Assembly (NCBI RefSeq): GCF_001194135.2
Contig: NC_068985.1
Coordinates: 85,708,828-85,758,432, forward strand
Length of the DNA stretch: 49,605 bases
From: Octopus bimaculoides
Lineage: Eukaryota
Direction of reading: 5' to 3'
The translations under genes were made by a program, and so were the position numbers. This document shows positions 23,541-35,557 of the stretch, piece by piece; positions within the stretch are counted from its first letter, which is position 1; each line of letters starts with the position of its first letter. The notes below the pieces were generated by a model. That model saw nothing but the letters and a program-made list of their open reading frames with translations, was not told the DNA's origin and did no database searches.

Positions 23541-24812
23541 ACGTATATACATGCACACACACAGACACACATGAGCAGATGAACTTATTCATATATATAT
23601 ATCTTTATGTTTTGCTGCAAGAAGTATTTCAAGGTTCCTGTCCAATGTTGTTTCAGTGGGAATTCCTGAGACATTAGTCAATTAGAAGAAGAAAGATAAT
23701 TTTAGAAGCAGCTCCAAGACTACAATACACACTTGTAAGGTCTCGTCATGAAGCACCAGTTTCTTGTGATATATATATATATATATAAAAGAAAAAAAAA
23801 AGAAAAAATGAATATAAGCATCTATTCATTTAATTACACATCATCATTATCATTATCATCATCTCCATTCTGATTGTCATTATCACCATCATCATCATCA
23901 TCATCGTTAGCATCATCTAAATTAGCAATAATAACAAAAAAAATAGAAAGAATATTATAAGAGCAATTAGACTGCTGATGATGGTGATGATGATGGTGAT
24001 GGTGATGATGATGATGATGGTGATGATGATGGTGATGATGTTGAGCTGATGAAGAAAAGGGAATGATGATGATGATGATGATGATGAGGAGGAGGAGGAG
24101 CAATAAGGGAGATGGTGATGATGACAGTATTCATGATAATGGACATGAGAATGATGATGATGATGATGATAGAAGTGAGGAGGATGATAATAATAATTAT
24201 GAGATGGAGGAGGGAGCAGACAAGGATTGTAACAACAATGATGATAAAAATGATGACTGAAAGAACTGCCACCACCACCACCACCACCACCACCACCCCA
24301 TCACAACCATCACCACTACTACTACCCCCACTGTCACCACCACCACTATCAACACCAACAGCATTACCAGTACCACCACACTCACCGTCTCCACCACCAC
24401 CATCATAACAACAACTAAATAAGTAAATGAAAGGTAACTCTAACTGCAGACATTCTTGGTATGTACGAAGGTAAGTCAGATGTTGTTGTTGTGGTTGTTG
24501 TTGTTTCTGTCTATTTGACATTCCTTGTATTGTACTGCGGCCAGTGAAAGTGCAGCCGTGAGAAATGAGGCGCCAAGTTGTGTAACGAGAGTCTGATGGA
24601 TAGATTCAGGTTTGGCTGGAATGAAGGAAGACCGTCTTTGAGTTAATGGCAGTCAGAACAAGAATGAGAAGGTGGTGAGGTGTTGTGCTTTTGCTGAAGT
24701 TATTTTCAATCATTTGAAGGGAATCTGAGAAGAGACTGCTGCAGAAATAATGAAGTAATAAAGGCAAAGCTAAGAATATCACAGACTTGGTCTGCCAAAG
24801 AAATAACAACAA

Positions 24813-25025
24813 CAGTTTCAAATATTGGCACAGTGCCAGCAGTTTGGGGGGAAGGGTGTAAGTCGATTACACTGAGCCCCAGTACATGACTGGTTGTACT
24901 TATTTTCTTGGCCCCTGAAAGGATGAAAGACAAAATTTACTTTGGTTGAATTTGAACTCAGAATGTAGATGGATGAAATGTCTCAAAGCATTTTGTCCAA
25001 CCTGCTCAGGATTCGGTGAGTTTGT
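24813..25025 (-). mobile_element. SINE family A
   Basis: gtttcaaat.ttggcaca..gccagc..gtcgattaca..gaaaggatgaaagacaaa..gaatttgaactcagaatg. Confidence 0.8.
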
Positions 25026-25119
25026 TTTGTGCTAATTATTTGAGAGAGTCATTAGAGCTTGGGCAAAAATACTCTTAATTACTTGCTTTCTGCTTAAATT
25101 AGAAAAACATTGTTACCAT

Positions 25120-25290
25120 TTGGAACAATTGCTTAACTGCTGGACAAAAGACCCTGAAACATTTGATTCAGCTTATTACATTCAGAGTTCAAATTGTGCT
25201 GAGGGCAGCTTTGCTTTTCATGCTTCAGTGGTTAATAAGAAAGCAGCCTGGTTCTGGGGTTAATGAGATTCACTGAGCTTTCCCCTCTAA
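25120..25290 (+). mobile_element. SINE family A, strongly decayed
   Basis: gctggacaaaa..ttcagagttcaaattg.gctgagg.cagctttgcttttcatgc. Confidence 0.55.
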
Positions 25291-25328
25291 TTTATTAGCC
25301 TTCTGAACAAATCAGAAACAATTATTAT

Positions 25329-25763
25329 CATTGAGTGAGAAAGCAGTGCATGTCATCAAAGTGACACTGGGATACAAATATACAAAGCCCAGTGTACCCA
25401 TCATGACTACCCATCTGATAAGGGTACACCAGGCACATGCATCACAACCATATGCACACAACATGGTAATCTCATATCAAGATAAACAGTGCACAACCTT
25501 GAAGGTGGGGCCCAGTTAGAATTTTCGTCAGATCAAGTAGCCCATCCTGAATAAGGTTTGTTTAAGGATGATGAACGAAACACCTGTTTCCAGAGGTGAA
25601 TTATTCAAACCCCAAAGAATTCCTCTCAACACATGGCTATGATACTCCCCCATGACTTCTGCTCGTGATCAGAGATGCACATATCGTCAGCCACTAAGGG
25701 ACATGCTCAACTGGTTATGGTCAAGCAACTGACAAGCAAATCTGTGGTATTGAGCAGAATATT
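25329..25763 (+). mobile_element. Dispersed repeat family D, longer copy with 3' end interrupted
   Basis: Homologous to 11068-11343 and contains an extra 107 bp (25494-25600). Confidence 0.85.
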
Positions 25764-26212
25764 ATTATTGTTATTATATGAAAACTCACAGCTTATTTTG
25801 CTGGGTATGATGGAAAGTGTCAGCTGTCCACAGCCAACAGACTAAGGTGACACTTGTTTCACTGGTTAGGCTTCAAGAACCCTGCCAAGAATTCTTGCAG
25901 TTCCAAGCAATGCTGATTTTTGTAGGTGCTCTACTTTCACACTTGCACCGATCTTTTTCAGCCATGTTGGTAGCTGAGTGCTGATACTTCCAAGTGCACC
26001 AATTACTATTAGTATCACGTCTTCCCTCTTCATTGACCACAACCTTCGTATTTCCCACTTTTAAATCGTCTCATAGTTGTTTATTATTTTTTTCTCTTCT
26101 TTCACATTGATCCTGTTGTCATCAGGGCATGCTGTGTCGATTATCATACTTGTTCTTTCGTTTTTATTCACCACAACAGTGTCCAGTTTCCGATGTCTGG
26201 TTGGATGATCAC
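25761..26212 (-). mobile_element. R4/Dong-type non-LTR retrotransposon 3' end (RLE nuclease, 3'UTR, (AAT)n tail)
   Basis: DHPTRHRKLDTVVVNKNERTSMIIDTACPDDNRINVKEEK, then after a shift KWEIRRLWSMKREDVILIVIGALGSISTQLPTWLKKIGASVKVEHLQKSALLGTARILGRVLEA* (stop 25868-25866). This is the typical R4/Dong C-terminus. Confidence 0.88.
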
Positions 26213-26247
26213 ATTATTGCTATTATTATTATTATTGTTGCTATTAC

Positions 26248-26326
<79 letters not shown>
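26213..26326. repeat. (ATT)n microsatellite, about 38 units
   Basis: Seen directly; abuts the 5' truncation point of the Dong-type fragment. Confidence 0.98.
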
Positions 26327-26731
26327 TATCATTGTTGTTATCATGTGGAGATCTTATTTTATTAATGTAGTGTAACATATTTCAAAACAGCATTCTGAAA
26401 CCATAAGAGGAAGTCTTAAAGGAATTTAGTTGTCAAGAAGTTGAGAACCAACAAGAATGAAATCATTTGTTCAACGGAGTTTGTAAAATTTTCAACTTGA
26501 TGCAATTAAATTTAAACACGACTTACATTCCATTTGCTGTAAGTATTATATTTAGATTTAAATACCACTAATACTAAATAGTAGGTTACAATTACTAAAT
26601 ATTAATAAACACCAGTACGAAATATCCAGATTATTATATGAAATATTTATAGTTTACAGAAATATCTTTTTGTCTTTTAATTGAACATTCTGAAATAAAG
26701 AATGTGGTAAGAACTCTGAAAATGCAATAAG

Positions 26732-26805
<74 letters not shown>

Positions 26806-27231
26806 AAGATTTAAAGGACATATAGTCTTTGTTAAGGTCACAGTCTATGATGAAAGGACTTTTGCAGACTAATTAATTAATCAATCAACCCATTATCTAA
26901 TTGCTTGGTATTAAAACTGAAGTAAAAAAAAATTGTACACATACTATAATTAACAATATGACCCTCCCAAAATACACCAATAAAAAAAGAAAAACTATTT
27001 GATGTTATGGGAGAAAGAAGGTCAACCTCCATGATTTTTTACAGGCCCTTCAAAACTGGCAAGGTTGGGGAAAGAGGGAAATCTCACCCTGATGGATTAT
27101 CCTAACACTAGAAAGCTAATCTCTAATGATTCTTGTTAAAGACAACCAAAGTCAGATGGATTAAGTCTAATATCTAAGAACAGTTACAGTGTTTCTGAAG
27201 AAGTTCTGTTTGAGGGATTCAATGTGGGTGC

Positions 27232-27420
27232 TTGATCTGCTGGAAATAGGAATCAAATTCTTATGTTATGCAATATTGTCATTTAAAAAGGGAAAAAGAC
27301 ACAGGATAATGCAACTCTAGAGACATTATGTGTGGAGAAAATAAATGATTGGATGGTTATGGTTCGAATGTCTTCAAGAATGGGTCTCCTTAGTCATGTG
27401 TCTGATCCTCAATAAAAACA
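27232..27420 (-). mobile_element. Dispersed repeat family E, inverted
   Basis: cttgatctgctggaaatag..atcaaat is the reverse complement of the family E end motif; ggatggt.atgg...gaatg further in. Confidence 0.5.
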
Positions 27421-27560
27421 AAATTAAACCAATTTCAAAATTTGAGTGAAACGAAATTTATGGTAGAGAAGACTTTCTCAAGATGCTACAGAATGGCTTT
27501 AAATCTAGAATCCCATGATTAGAAAGGAAACTTCTTAACCACTTGGTCATAGAAGATCAC

Positions 27561-27786
27561 TTGAACCTTTTTGTTACCATATTTCTGTTGAAATTTCATT
27601 TCAATCAAAAATATCGAAGAATTTAGTAAAATAACTTTGTCATTATTAAGCTGGGATTTTGGAACCAATTAACCAGAAATTTTGATAGAAGGTTTTAATT
27701 TAAATCCCCTTAAAACAGGAAATCTGTATTACAGAACCAGGATGTTGATGAGGGCAGCTCAGGCAAGTTGGCATCAAAAGAGTTAA
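27561..27786. mobile_element. Decayed MITE with TTAA-like ends (possibly piggyBac-like)
   Basis: Left ttgaa-cctttttgttacc and right ggcatcaaaagag-ttaa; 13-bp TIR about 9/13. I recognise the internal sequence from memory as a common repeat. Confidence 0.45.
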
Positions 27787-28431
27787 TTTATTAATTTCTA
27801 AAATGGTACCATGGCAATGCTAATTAGGTAGAATGTGCAATTCTTTGTTGTAAGGTATTTTTTTTTTTATTGTATTTCCTCATTTGGTTTTATGACCTGG
27901 ACGTGCAGTTCCTCTTTATATCTTGCTGACATTAGTGTCCTGCCATGGGTGGCTGCCATGAGTAACTGACATAGATATTTGTCTTCTGACTCTTTTAATT
28001 AGTTGGTTCATAGCATTAAATCAGAATACTGTTTAACTTTAGTTTGTTTTAGTCGTCATGAGCAAGACCTTACTGGAGCACTGCTCACAGCCCTTACTGT
28101 ATGATTTTTTCCTATAAAACATTTACTGAAAGAGATTTTTGCCTTCAACAACTGAGCAGTGGATAGAATGAGTCTTCTTTTAATGTTTAACTGGTTTCTT
28201 ATGGGACTATGGCCATACTGGAGCACAACATCTAAGGGTTTAAGTTGATTCTATTAATACCAGTCTAGTGACTGTGACTGACTTCAATGACTTTGTAAGG
28301 GAGAAAGTCAAGGTTGACGTGGGTGTAAAGGAATGGAACCAAGGCAGAACCAAATACCACATGGTAAGTTTCGTTCAACTTGGTGATTCTGCCAACCCTC
28401 ATTACTATACCCATCATCATCTCTCTCTCTC

Positions 28432-28470
<39 letters not shown>

Positions 28471-28769
28471 TATATATATATATATATATATATATTTATT
28501 TGTGCATCAAGGTTACCATTGGTTTCATGTTAAGGAAAATATCTTAATATCTTAATAATTTTTCAAGCCGATCACCTGGTGGGATGGTGTTTGTCTCCCT
28601 TTTGGAAGAAAACAAAATGGAGATGAACACCATATCTCCAGCATTAATTCACAAAGAAATTTTATCTGCCAATGTGGTGTTGAGCACTCATTCTCATTGT
28701 CTGACAGTCATTTATCAACTTGTTGATCTAAAAGTTGAATAGTTTCTCATAATAAATTATATTTCTTGA

Positions 28770-29334
28770 TTAGCAGAGATACCCGGCGTTGCTCGGGATT
28801 AAAATGTCATACTTTGTATATATATATATTACAGTTATGTTGAAACAAATGATATATGAAAGTGAAGCATGATGACAAAACATTTGTGGAATAAATGATG
28901 AGCTAATTTGACTAAGTGACATGTCATGCATCCATTTGAAGGAATCCAGGCCCTAACCTGTCATGGAAAATTGAGGTGTGTGTGGGGGACTTTTGAATGC
29001 ACCAAAAAGCTGTCAGTGGATATATTCTCTTTTTTGGCAGTCAGTACTGAGTCTAACACGACCCATCATATGCTTGACAGTTGAATGAATGTAGGTGTAA
29101 TGGAAATATTTTATGTAAAGGGGTAGATTCTACAAATGGGCTGCAATGGGAGACGGCGATGGGGAAGTGAACTGTTGGAATGTTGCAAAAGGCATTGATA
29201 TTGAATTGCTGGTGTGGCTGTAGAACAAGAAACATAAACTGAGCCACACACACAATCACAGACACATTATTATACAAAATGTGATGACACTCACATACAT
29301 ATAGTAAGACAGACACACACTGAGGCATATATAG
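28770..29334 (+). mobile_element. Possible non-autonomous Helitron/Helentron-like element
   Basis: Starts ttagcagagata followed by a CpG-rich hairpin cccggcgttgctcggg. Ends gacagacacacac..atatatag. This layout resembles DINE/Lep1-type elements. Confidence 0.35.
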
Positions 29335-31331
29335 CTTTTCACCTCATTGTTTTTGCAGCCATCACATATGTATAAGTATGTGTAGATGTGTGTTTTAATT
29401 CAAATGACAGACAGACACACACACGTACATACACATACATATATATACACATAAATATATATGCTTATTCCCATATATATATATACACACATTATATATA
29501 TATATATATATATATGCACGTATGCACACATATATGGATACATGGCCTCCTCTTGATGAAGTTTCTACTAAAAGCATGCTAAACCAGTTTAAACCTGAAT
29601 ATAGAGGGTGGGGAGGGGGGAATTTAATGTCAGTTACACAACAATAAATTTGCAAAGTCAATGATTCATTCTTTTTCTCAGCTCAGGTGTAGACCTCTGT
29701 TTATTAGTTCTTATGTATTTGGAATAAACCCTGATAATGTAAAAATACCACAACCACTTGTGAAGAAGAGGGTCCTTCAATGTGTGTGTGTGTGTGTGTA
29801 GTTCTATTTGCAAAGATGGAAGATGAAAACTAATACTGTTAGACCTATGGTGATGATGCTGATGATGGTAATGGTGGTGATGATGGTGGTGGTGCTGGTG
29901 ATGGTGTTGTTGTTGTCCTTGTTGATGGTGATGGTGATGATAATAGAAATGAAATATTAACAAGGATTTTAAAATATTTATATGGAAAAGAATAAAAATT
30001 GTTTTGACTGGATGGATTAGCTGATTACACAAGTTGATAGACATGGTCTTGTAGTTCCAGGAAAATTAATCTCAGCAATTTAATCAAGACAATTGGCAGC
30101 ATAACTGAATGCCATTATAAGAGGAGACAGTGGAAGGAAATAAGAGCGATGAGGAATTTAATTGCAGCAGGATGTGTTACATAGAAATATAGCAATATAT
30201 GTGTGTGTGTGAAATATGAGCTGTGAACTTTGAGGGGTTGTGAAATGTGGTCATGAAATGCAATGATGAATGCTTTGAATGAACCCAAAGGGGACAGAAG
30301 ACCCTCAGGAGAGTGAAGGATTCTTCTAGCTGGGGATTAAAGTCAGTAAGTACATCAATAAAGGAACCATTGAGAGAGAAAGAGAAAGGGTAAAGTGTGT
30401 GTGTGCAAGTGTGTATAGGAAGAATGATGGTCATTACGTTTATTAAATCAATCATTCTACAGTGTAATGATTTGATTTACTAAGTTTTCCCCTGAATCAG
30501 TGAATGACACCACTTTCCTGAGAAACTATATCCACCACCACCACCACCACCACCACTATAGCCAGTACCAACTTCTGCTGCTAGTTAAGTACAAGATGAG
30601 TTAAGTTGAGCACCAATAAATATCTACCTAAGTTCCTTGATTTACCAAAATATTGCCATTTTTAGAAGCTGAGAAACCTGACGCTAACAGAAAGGTGAAA
30701 ATATTAAGTCATCTCATTCCATGCTGTCTTCTGGTTTGAAATCAAACTGGATTTAGGTTTTGCATTCCTCCATGGTCAAAAGGTGGTGAATTTGGAAGAG
30801 TCATTAGAGTATCAGAGGAAATACTTTGTAGTATTTATTCTGACATCATCACTGCCACAAAACAACAACCATCATCATCATTGTCATCAATTTTAATAAC
30901 TATTTTTCTGTGCTTGAATGAGTTGAACAGAATTTGTTGAGAGAGATTTTTCATAGCCAGATTCCCTGTCACCAACCCCCATCTGTTTCCAAGAAAGGTA
31001 GTATTTTCCCCTGTCCAAACATAGTGAAAGAGAGAGGGAAAGAAAAATTACGAAGAATGGTAGACGAGATCAATAAATTGATAAATGGAAGACTGACAGG
31101 TTGGGAGGAAGCAGGTTTTGAGACAGGCAGGTATATGAGCTGATGGGGAAAATATGGGGAGGGATGAAATAAAGTGGGAATGAAAAAGAAAGAGGATAGA
31201 TGAAAAGAAGAAAGATAGAGAGTTAGGGTTAGTGGTATAATGTGATGAAATAATGTTGAAGAATGAAAGAAAATTTTGAGAAATGAAAATTAGATAGGAG
31301 AGTTCAGATGAGAGAAGAAAAAGAGGCTAAG

Positions 31332-31370
<39 letters not shown>

Positions 31371-31376
31371 GATAGG

Positions 31377-31793
31377 TAGATAAATTAAGAAAAAGAGTCA
31401 AATGCAGTGTTATTCAAATCTTTATACTTCCAACATATGTTTCGAAGAAAACATTGATATTATTCCAGAGGGAATTTCTCCACTCTTAATTTTCCGTTAA
31501 TTTTTTTCTTTCTCCCCCTTCTCTTTCTCTAAATTGCCTTTGACGTTAAATCTGTTAACGGTTTTTAAAAAATAACTTGCCAGCATTCCCCTTCATCATA
31601 TATGTGGTAATCACATTCAGTTAAAATGGTTATTGATGTGTTTTGTTTCTCTTCTGTCCCTGATGAGATGATTGCATTGTTTTACATCATTTTATTCCCT
31701 CCAGAATAATATCAATGTTTTCTTCGAAAGATATGTCGGAAATATAAAGATTTGAACAACACCTGTGTTTGACTCCATTTCTTAATTTGTCTA
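31377..31793. mobile_element. Foldback MITE with about 100-bp terminal inverted repeats and TA ends
   Basis: 31377-31475 versus the reverse complement of 31694-31793: the inner 55 bp are 50/55 identical and the outer about 45 bp also align; 218-bp spacer. Confidence 0.88.
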
Positions 31794-32654
31794 TGTTATA
31801 CAAAAACATTTCACTTAACCCTGGAATTTCTACCTTTATAAGTAGGCTGTAATATTCTTGGCACTTATGTGATTTTTTGCTATCCTGGTAACTATTTATT
31901 TATTTTTTTCCATGTTATTTGTACACATTGTAAAAATACACATACATTTATATTTATATGTATGTATATATTAATATATGCATGTATGTTTGTTTGCATG
32001 TGAATGACAATAACAGAGTGAAAGGAGGAAAAAAATTAATAACTGAAAGTAGACAAAACAAGAAAATCACTCAAGGTTTGAAACACAAACAAGAATAACT
32101 AAAAAGGGGAGAAATAACCCCTATAATTTCCGATGGGTGGTCATTTAAAAATAGGCTATAAGAGAGCCTCTATTGGTCACTAAACCTGATAGAAATAACT
32201 GCTAAATGTTTTTCAAATTCCTAGTTTCAATTTAAAAAATAGCAAGAAACTGGATAATATAATCCTAGATATATCCAAAAATTAAACAGGATGGTCACAA
32301 CTGGAACACCATTGACCACAGCGCTGCCTAATTAGCAATGATCAGGGTCTAAATAAGAGCAAGCCTCAATTACTAACCTCGTAAAAAATCTTGTTTCCTC
32401 CATCTCTCCTAACATCTCTTGTCCTCTCTACAAACTGTTTATTATTTTCATCCAAGTCAATGATTCAGATGCATTTTTGCCTTGTTATCCTCATTGTTTC
32501 AACAATCAAATCTCTCTTTCAATATTTCACCCATTCCTGTCTTCCCCACCCCCTCTCCCAATGCCATTAATTTGGGATTCCATCCCTGTCTGCAGTTTTT
32601 ATTTCACTAAACATTGAACAGTAAATCTTTTATAGAAACTACTCAAAGGTTTGT

Positions 32655-32828
32655 TGTTTAAATGCAGCTCCAGCCTGACCCAGCTAATCTAAATCAAAGG
32701 CATTCCAGACATGACCATTCCATCATTTATCAGACAACTAATACTTTGTCCAGTGTCCAGTTCCTTTTGTTATAAACTGTTAGAGTAGATTTGAGGGAGA
32801 TTTCGATGGTATTTCTTGCAGGTTGAGC
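32655..32828 (+). mobile_element. Dispersed repeat family E
   Basis: tcaaaggcattccagacatgaccattcc ... gatttgagggagattt.gatggtatttcttgcaggttgagc. Confidence 0.6.
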
Positions 32829-33650
32829 CTGTAATTACTACAGGCAATTCTGTTATTTTCCAGATTAATTAATGGAAAAGACAGCATGAGAAATGGTAAT
32901 ACGAGTCTTCAGTGGAGAAGCTAACGTTTTATACTCTGTACATCCACCCACAAACATTCTTCAATCCATGATGGTTGTTTACCATGCAACAGCAAAACTT
33001 CAATTTCTGTGAAAGCTTTTACCAAAGATGAATGAATAAATAAATAAATAACCTGAAGAATATGTGCAAGTTTACATGAATCAACAAGGGCTCAAACTAT
33101 TAACATTATTATCTTCTTTATCATCATCATCATCACCATCATCACCATCACCATCATCACCAACATCACCATCATCCTCACTGCCTCATAGATGCTAATG
33201 GAGAGCTGAAAGGTTGGTTAGTAAATTATGAAGTGACAGGCTATATACTATATTACAATGTACAAAAAAAAAAAAAAGAAAAGAATTCTGTTTAGCTCAA
33301 GAATAACTAAGAATGAATGCGATGTAAAACCGAACAGAAGATAATAATAAAACAGAACCCTTCCATCAGAGCTATTTTAGAATACATGAATAAATCCACA
33401 ATAATTCTGAATTTATAGAAGATAAATTATTGTGTGGATACACAATTCTGTAAATAATAGTTACTGATGGTATATGTCAATTTTCTTTTTACACTTTTCC
33501 TCCATGGATTTAAGTGGCAGAGAGAATAACTTTGCTTCTGGATAGGAGGTAGGGTCAGTTACAAATGAAATGGATACTTTTACATGGGGCCAAAACACAT
33601 TCTCTCTATATTTAAGTGGTTGCCAATTATTCTATTCCAGCTCTCACTCA

Positions 33651-33684
<34 letters not shown>

Positions 33685-34060
33685 GGCTGGCTGTCTCTTC
33701 CCTTCACCTCTCTCTCTCACTCACTCACTTTGTGTGTGTGTGTGTAAGGTATCATCTGTCAGATATTCCATCAGGTAACATAAAACATTCTGCTGAAATG
33801 CTGAAACGCAGGTACTCTTGCGTCGATGGCACACAAATTCTATTGAATCTAACCTCATGAAGGGAAAGGATCAGGCAAATAAAAAGTAATTTTTTTTTCA
33901 TAGTCTATTATTTCCTTTCATTACTGATATACACACAGTGAGCAGGTATCAACCATCATCGAAGAAGCAGCTAATTTGATGGGATATGTTTTAGTGATGA
34001 CTACACATACATAAACATATACACGAAACATACGTGTAACAAATGCATATACACATATAT

Positions 34061-34161
34061 CAGGTATGGCTGTGATGGTTAAGAACCTTACTTCCGAACC
34101 TTGTGGTTTCAGGTTCAGTCTACAGCATGACACTTCACCAAGCATTTTCTGCCATAGCTCC

Positions 34162-34163
<2 letters not shown>
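34061..34163 (+). mobile_element. tRNA-like SINE head (family B related)
   Basis: tggctgtgatggttaagaa...ggtttcaggttcagtc; A/B-box-like motifs. Confidence 0.55.
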
Positions 34164-34199
<36 letters not shown>

Positions 34200-34209
34200 N
34201 NNNNNNNNN

Positions 34210-34245
<36 letters not shown>

Positions 34246-34248
<3 letters not shown>

Positions 34249-34705
34249 ACAAGTGACAGACCTTTTGGGATATGCGGTGCTTGAGAAGACCTAGCAAGCC
34301 AAGTGAAACAGTAATTCTGGCCTATGCCAGTGCAGCATAACTGGCCCATTTAAGAGTACCTTTCAATCATTGGGCAATAAATTGTGCTTGCGAAGACCTG
34401 TTGAATCAAGTGATGTCATTGTCGTGGCCGATATTGCCAGTGGCATGTAAAAAGCACCATTCAAGCATGGTCGATGCCAGTGCCAGCTGACTGGCTTCCA
34501 AGCTGGTGACATGTAAAAAGCACCCACTACACTCTTGGAGTGGTTGGCATTAGGAAGGGCATCCAGCTGTAGAAATCTTGCCAGATCAGACTGCAGCCTG
34601 GTGTTGCCTTCTGGCTTGCCAGCCCTCAGTCAAACCGTCCAACACTTGCTAGCATGAAAAGCAGACATTAAACGATGATGACGACGACGACGATGATGAT
34701 GATGA

Positions 34706-34708
<3 letters not shown>
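34246..34708 (+). mobile_element. Family C, longest copy, with RTE-type 3' tail and (GAC/GAT)n
   Basis: Internal duplications (gtgcttg.gaagacct ×2; catgtaaaaagcacc ×2), tail ggttggcattaggaagggcatccagctgtagaa..ttaaac(gat)n. Confidence 0.8.
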
Positions 34709-34755
<47 letters not shown>

Positions 34756-34772
34756 CTTCACACACATACATC

Positions 34773-35338
34773 ATGGTGTTTAGAGTGATCATTAGTGATG
34801 GTGTTGTCATGCCTCCACTCATCTTCCCACAGACTCAACACAGAAGCCTACATGAGATGCCTGGAGGAAGTAGTGCTGCCCTGGGTCAAGAGGGTGGCTG
34901 CTGGAAGATCCTATGTCTGGCAAAAGGACTCTGCACCAGGTCACACAAGCAGGAGAACTCAGACAATTTCTGCAACCACACCACCCCTAACATCTGGCTA
35001 TCTAACTCCCCAGACTGATACCCCCTTGATTATTATGTGTGGGGTACAGTTGAGCGAGAGACCAACAAAACTCCTTGTAACACCAAAGATGAACTGAAGA
35101 CAAGGATTATGGCAGTATTCACCAACGTAGACAAGGAGACCTCCAAAAGAGTTGCAGGAGATTCCAAAGTCGTCTGGAGGTCGTGGTTGAAGCCAATGGC
35201 AATTTTATTGAATAAATTTACTCTTTAGTATATCAAGATATTTTTATGTAATTTTGGTAAATATATCCGTTAAAATGAGATGTCAGTGTTATTTTCATTT
35301 TTGCATAATTTAGACAACAGTTTATTCACTGCACCCTG
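34773..35338 (+). mobile_element. Tc1/mariner transposase C-terminal fragment (probably DD37D/maT) with right TIR
   Basis: VFRVIISDGVVMPP..RLNTEAYMRCLEEVVLPW..YVWQKDSAPGHTS..TPNIWLSNSPD*YPLDYYVWGTVERETNK..DELKTRI across frameshifts. Ends ...tcactgcaccctg followed by TA (35339-35340). Confidence 0.9.
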
Positions 35339-35351
35339 TATATGTATATAC

Positions 35352-35450
35352 ATCATCATCACATCATCATTTAATGTCCCGTTGTCCATGCTGATATGGG
35401 TTGGATGGTTTGACCAGAGCTGGCAAGCTGGGACTTGTACCACACTCCAG
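35352..35450 (-). mobile_element. Family C tail fragment
   Basis: (cat)n-ttaatgtcc.gttgtccatgctga.atgggttggatggtttgac. Confidence 0.7.
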
Positions 35451-35530
35451 TGGAGATAAAAATATTGTTGTAAACTTTCTGAAAAAACTACTTTTATCTG
35501 TCAATATTTTGCAGGCATAGAAGGACAGGC

Positions 35531-35557
35531 ATAATAATAATAATAATAATAATAATG

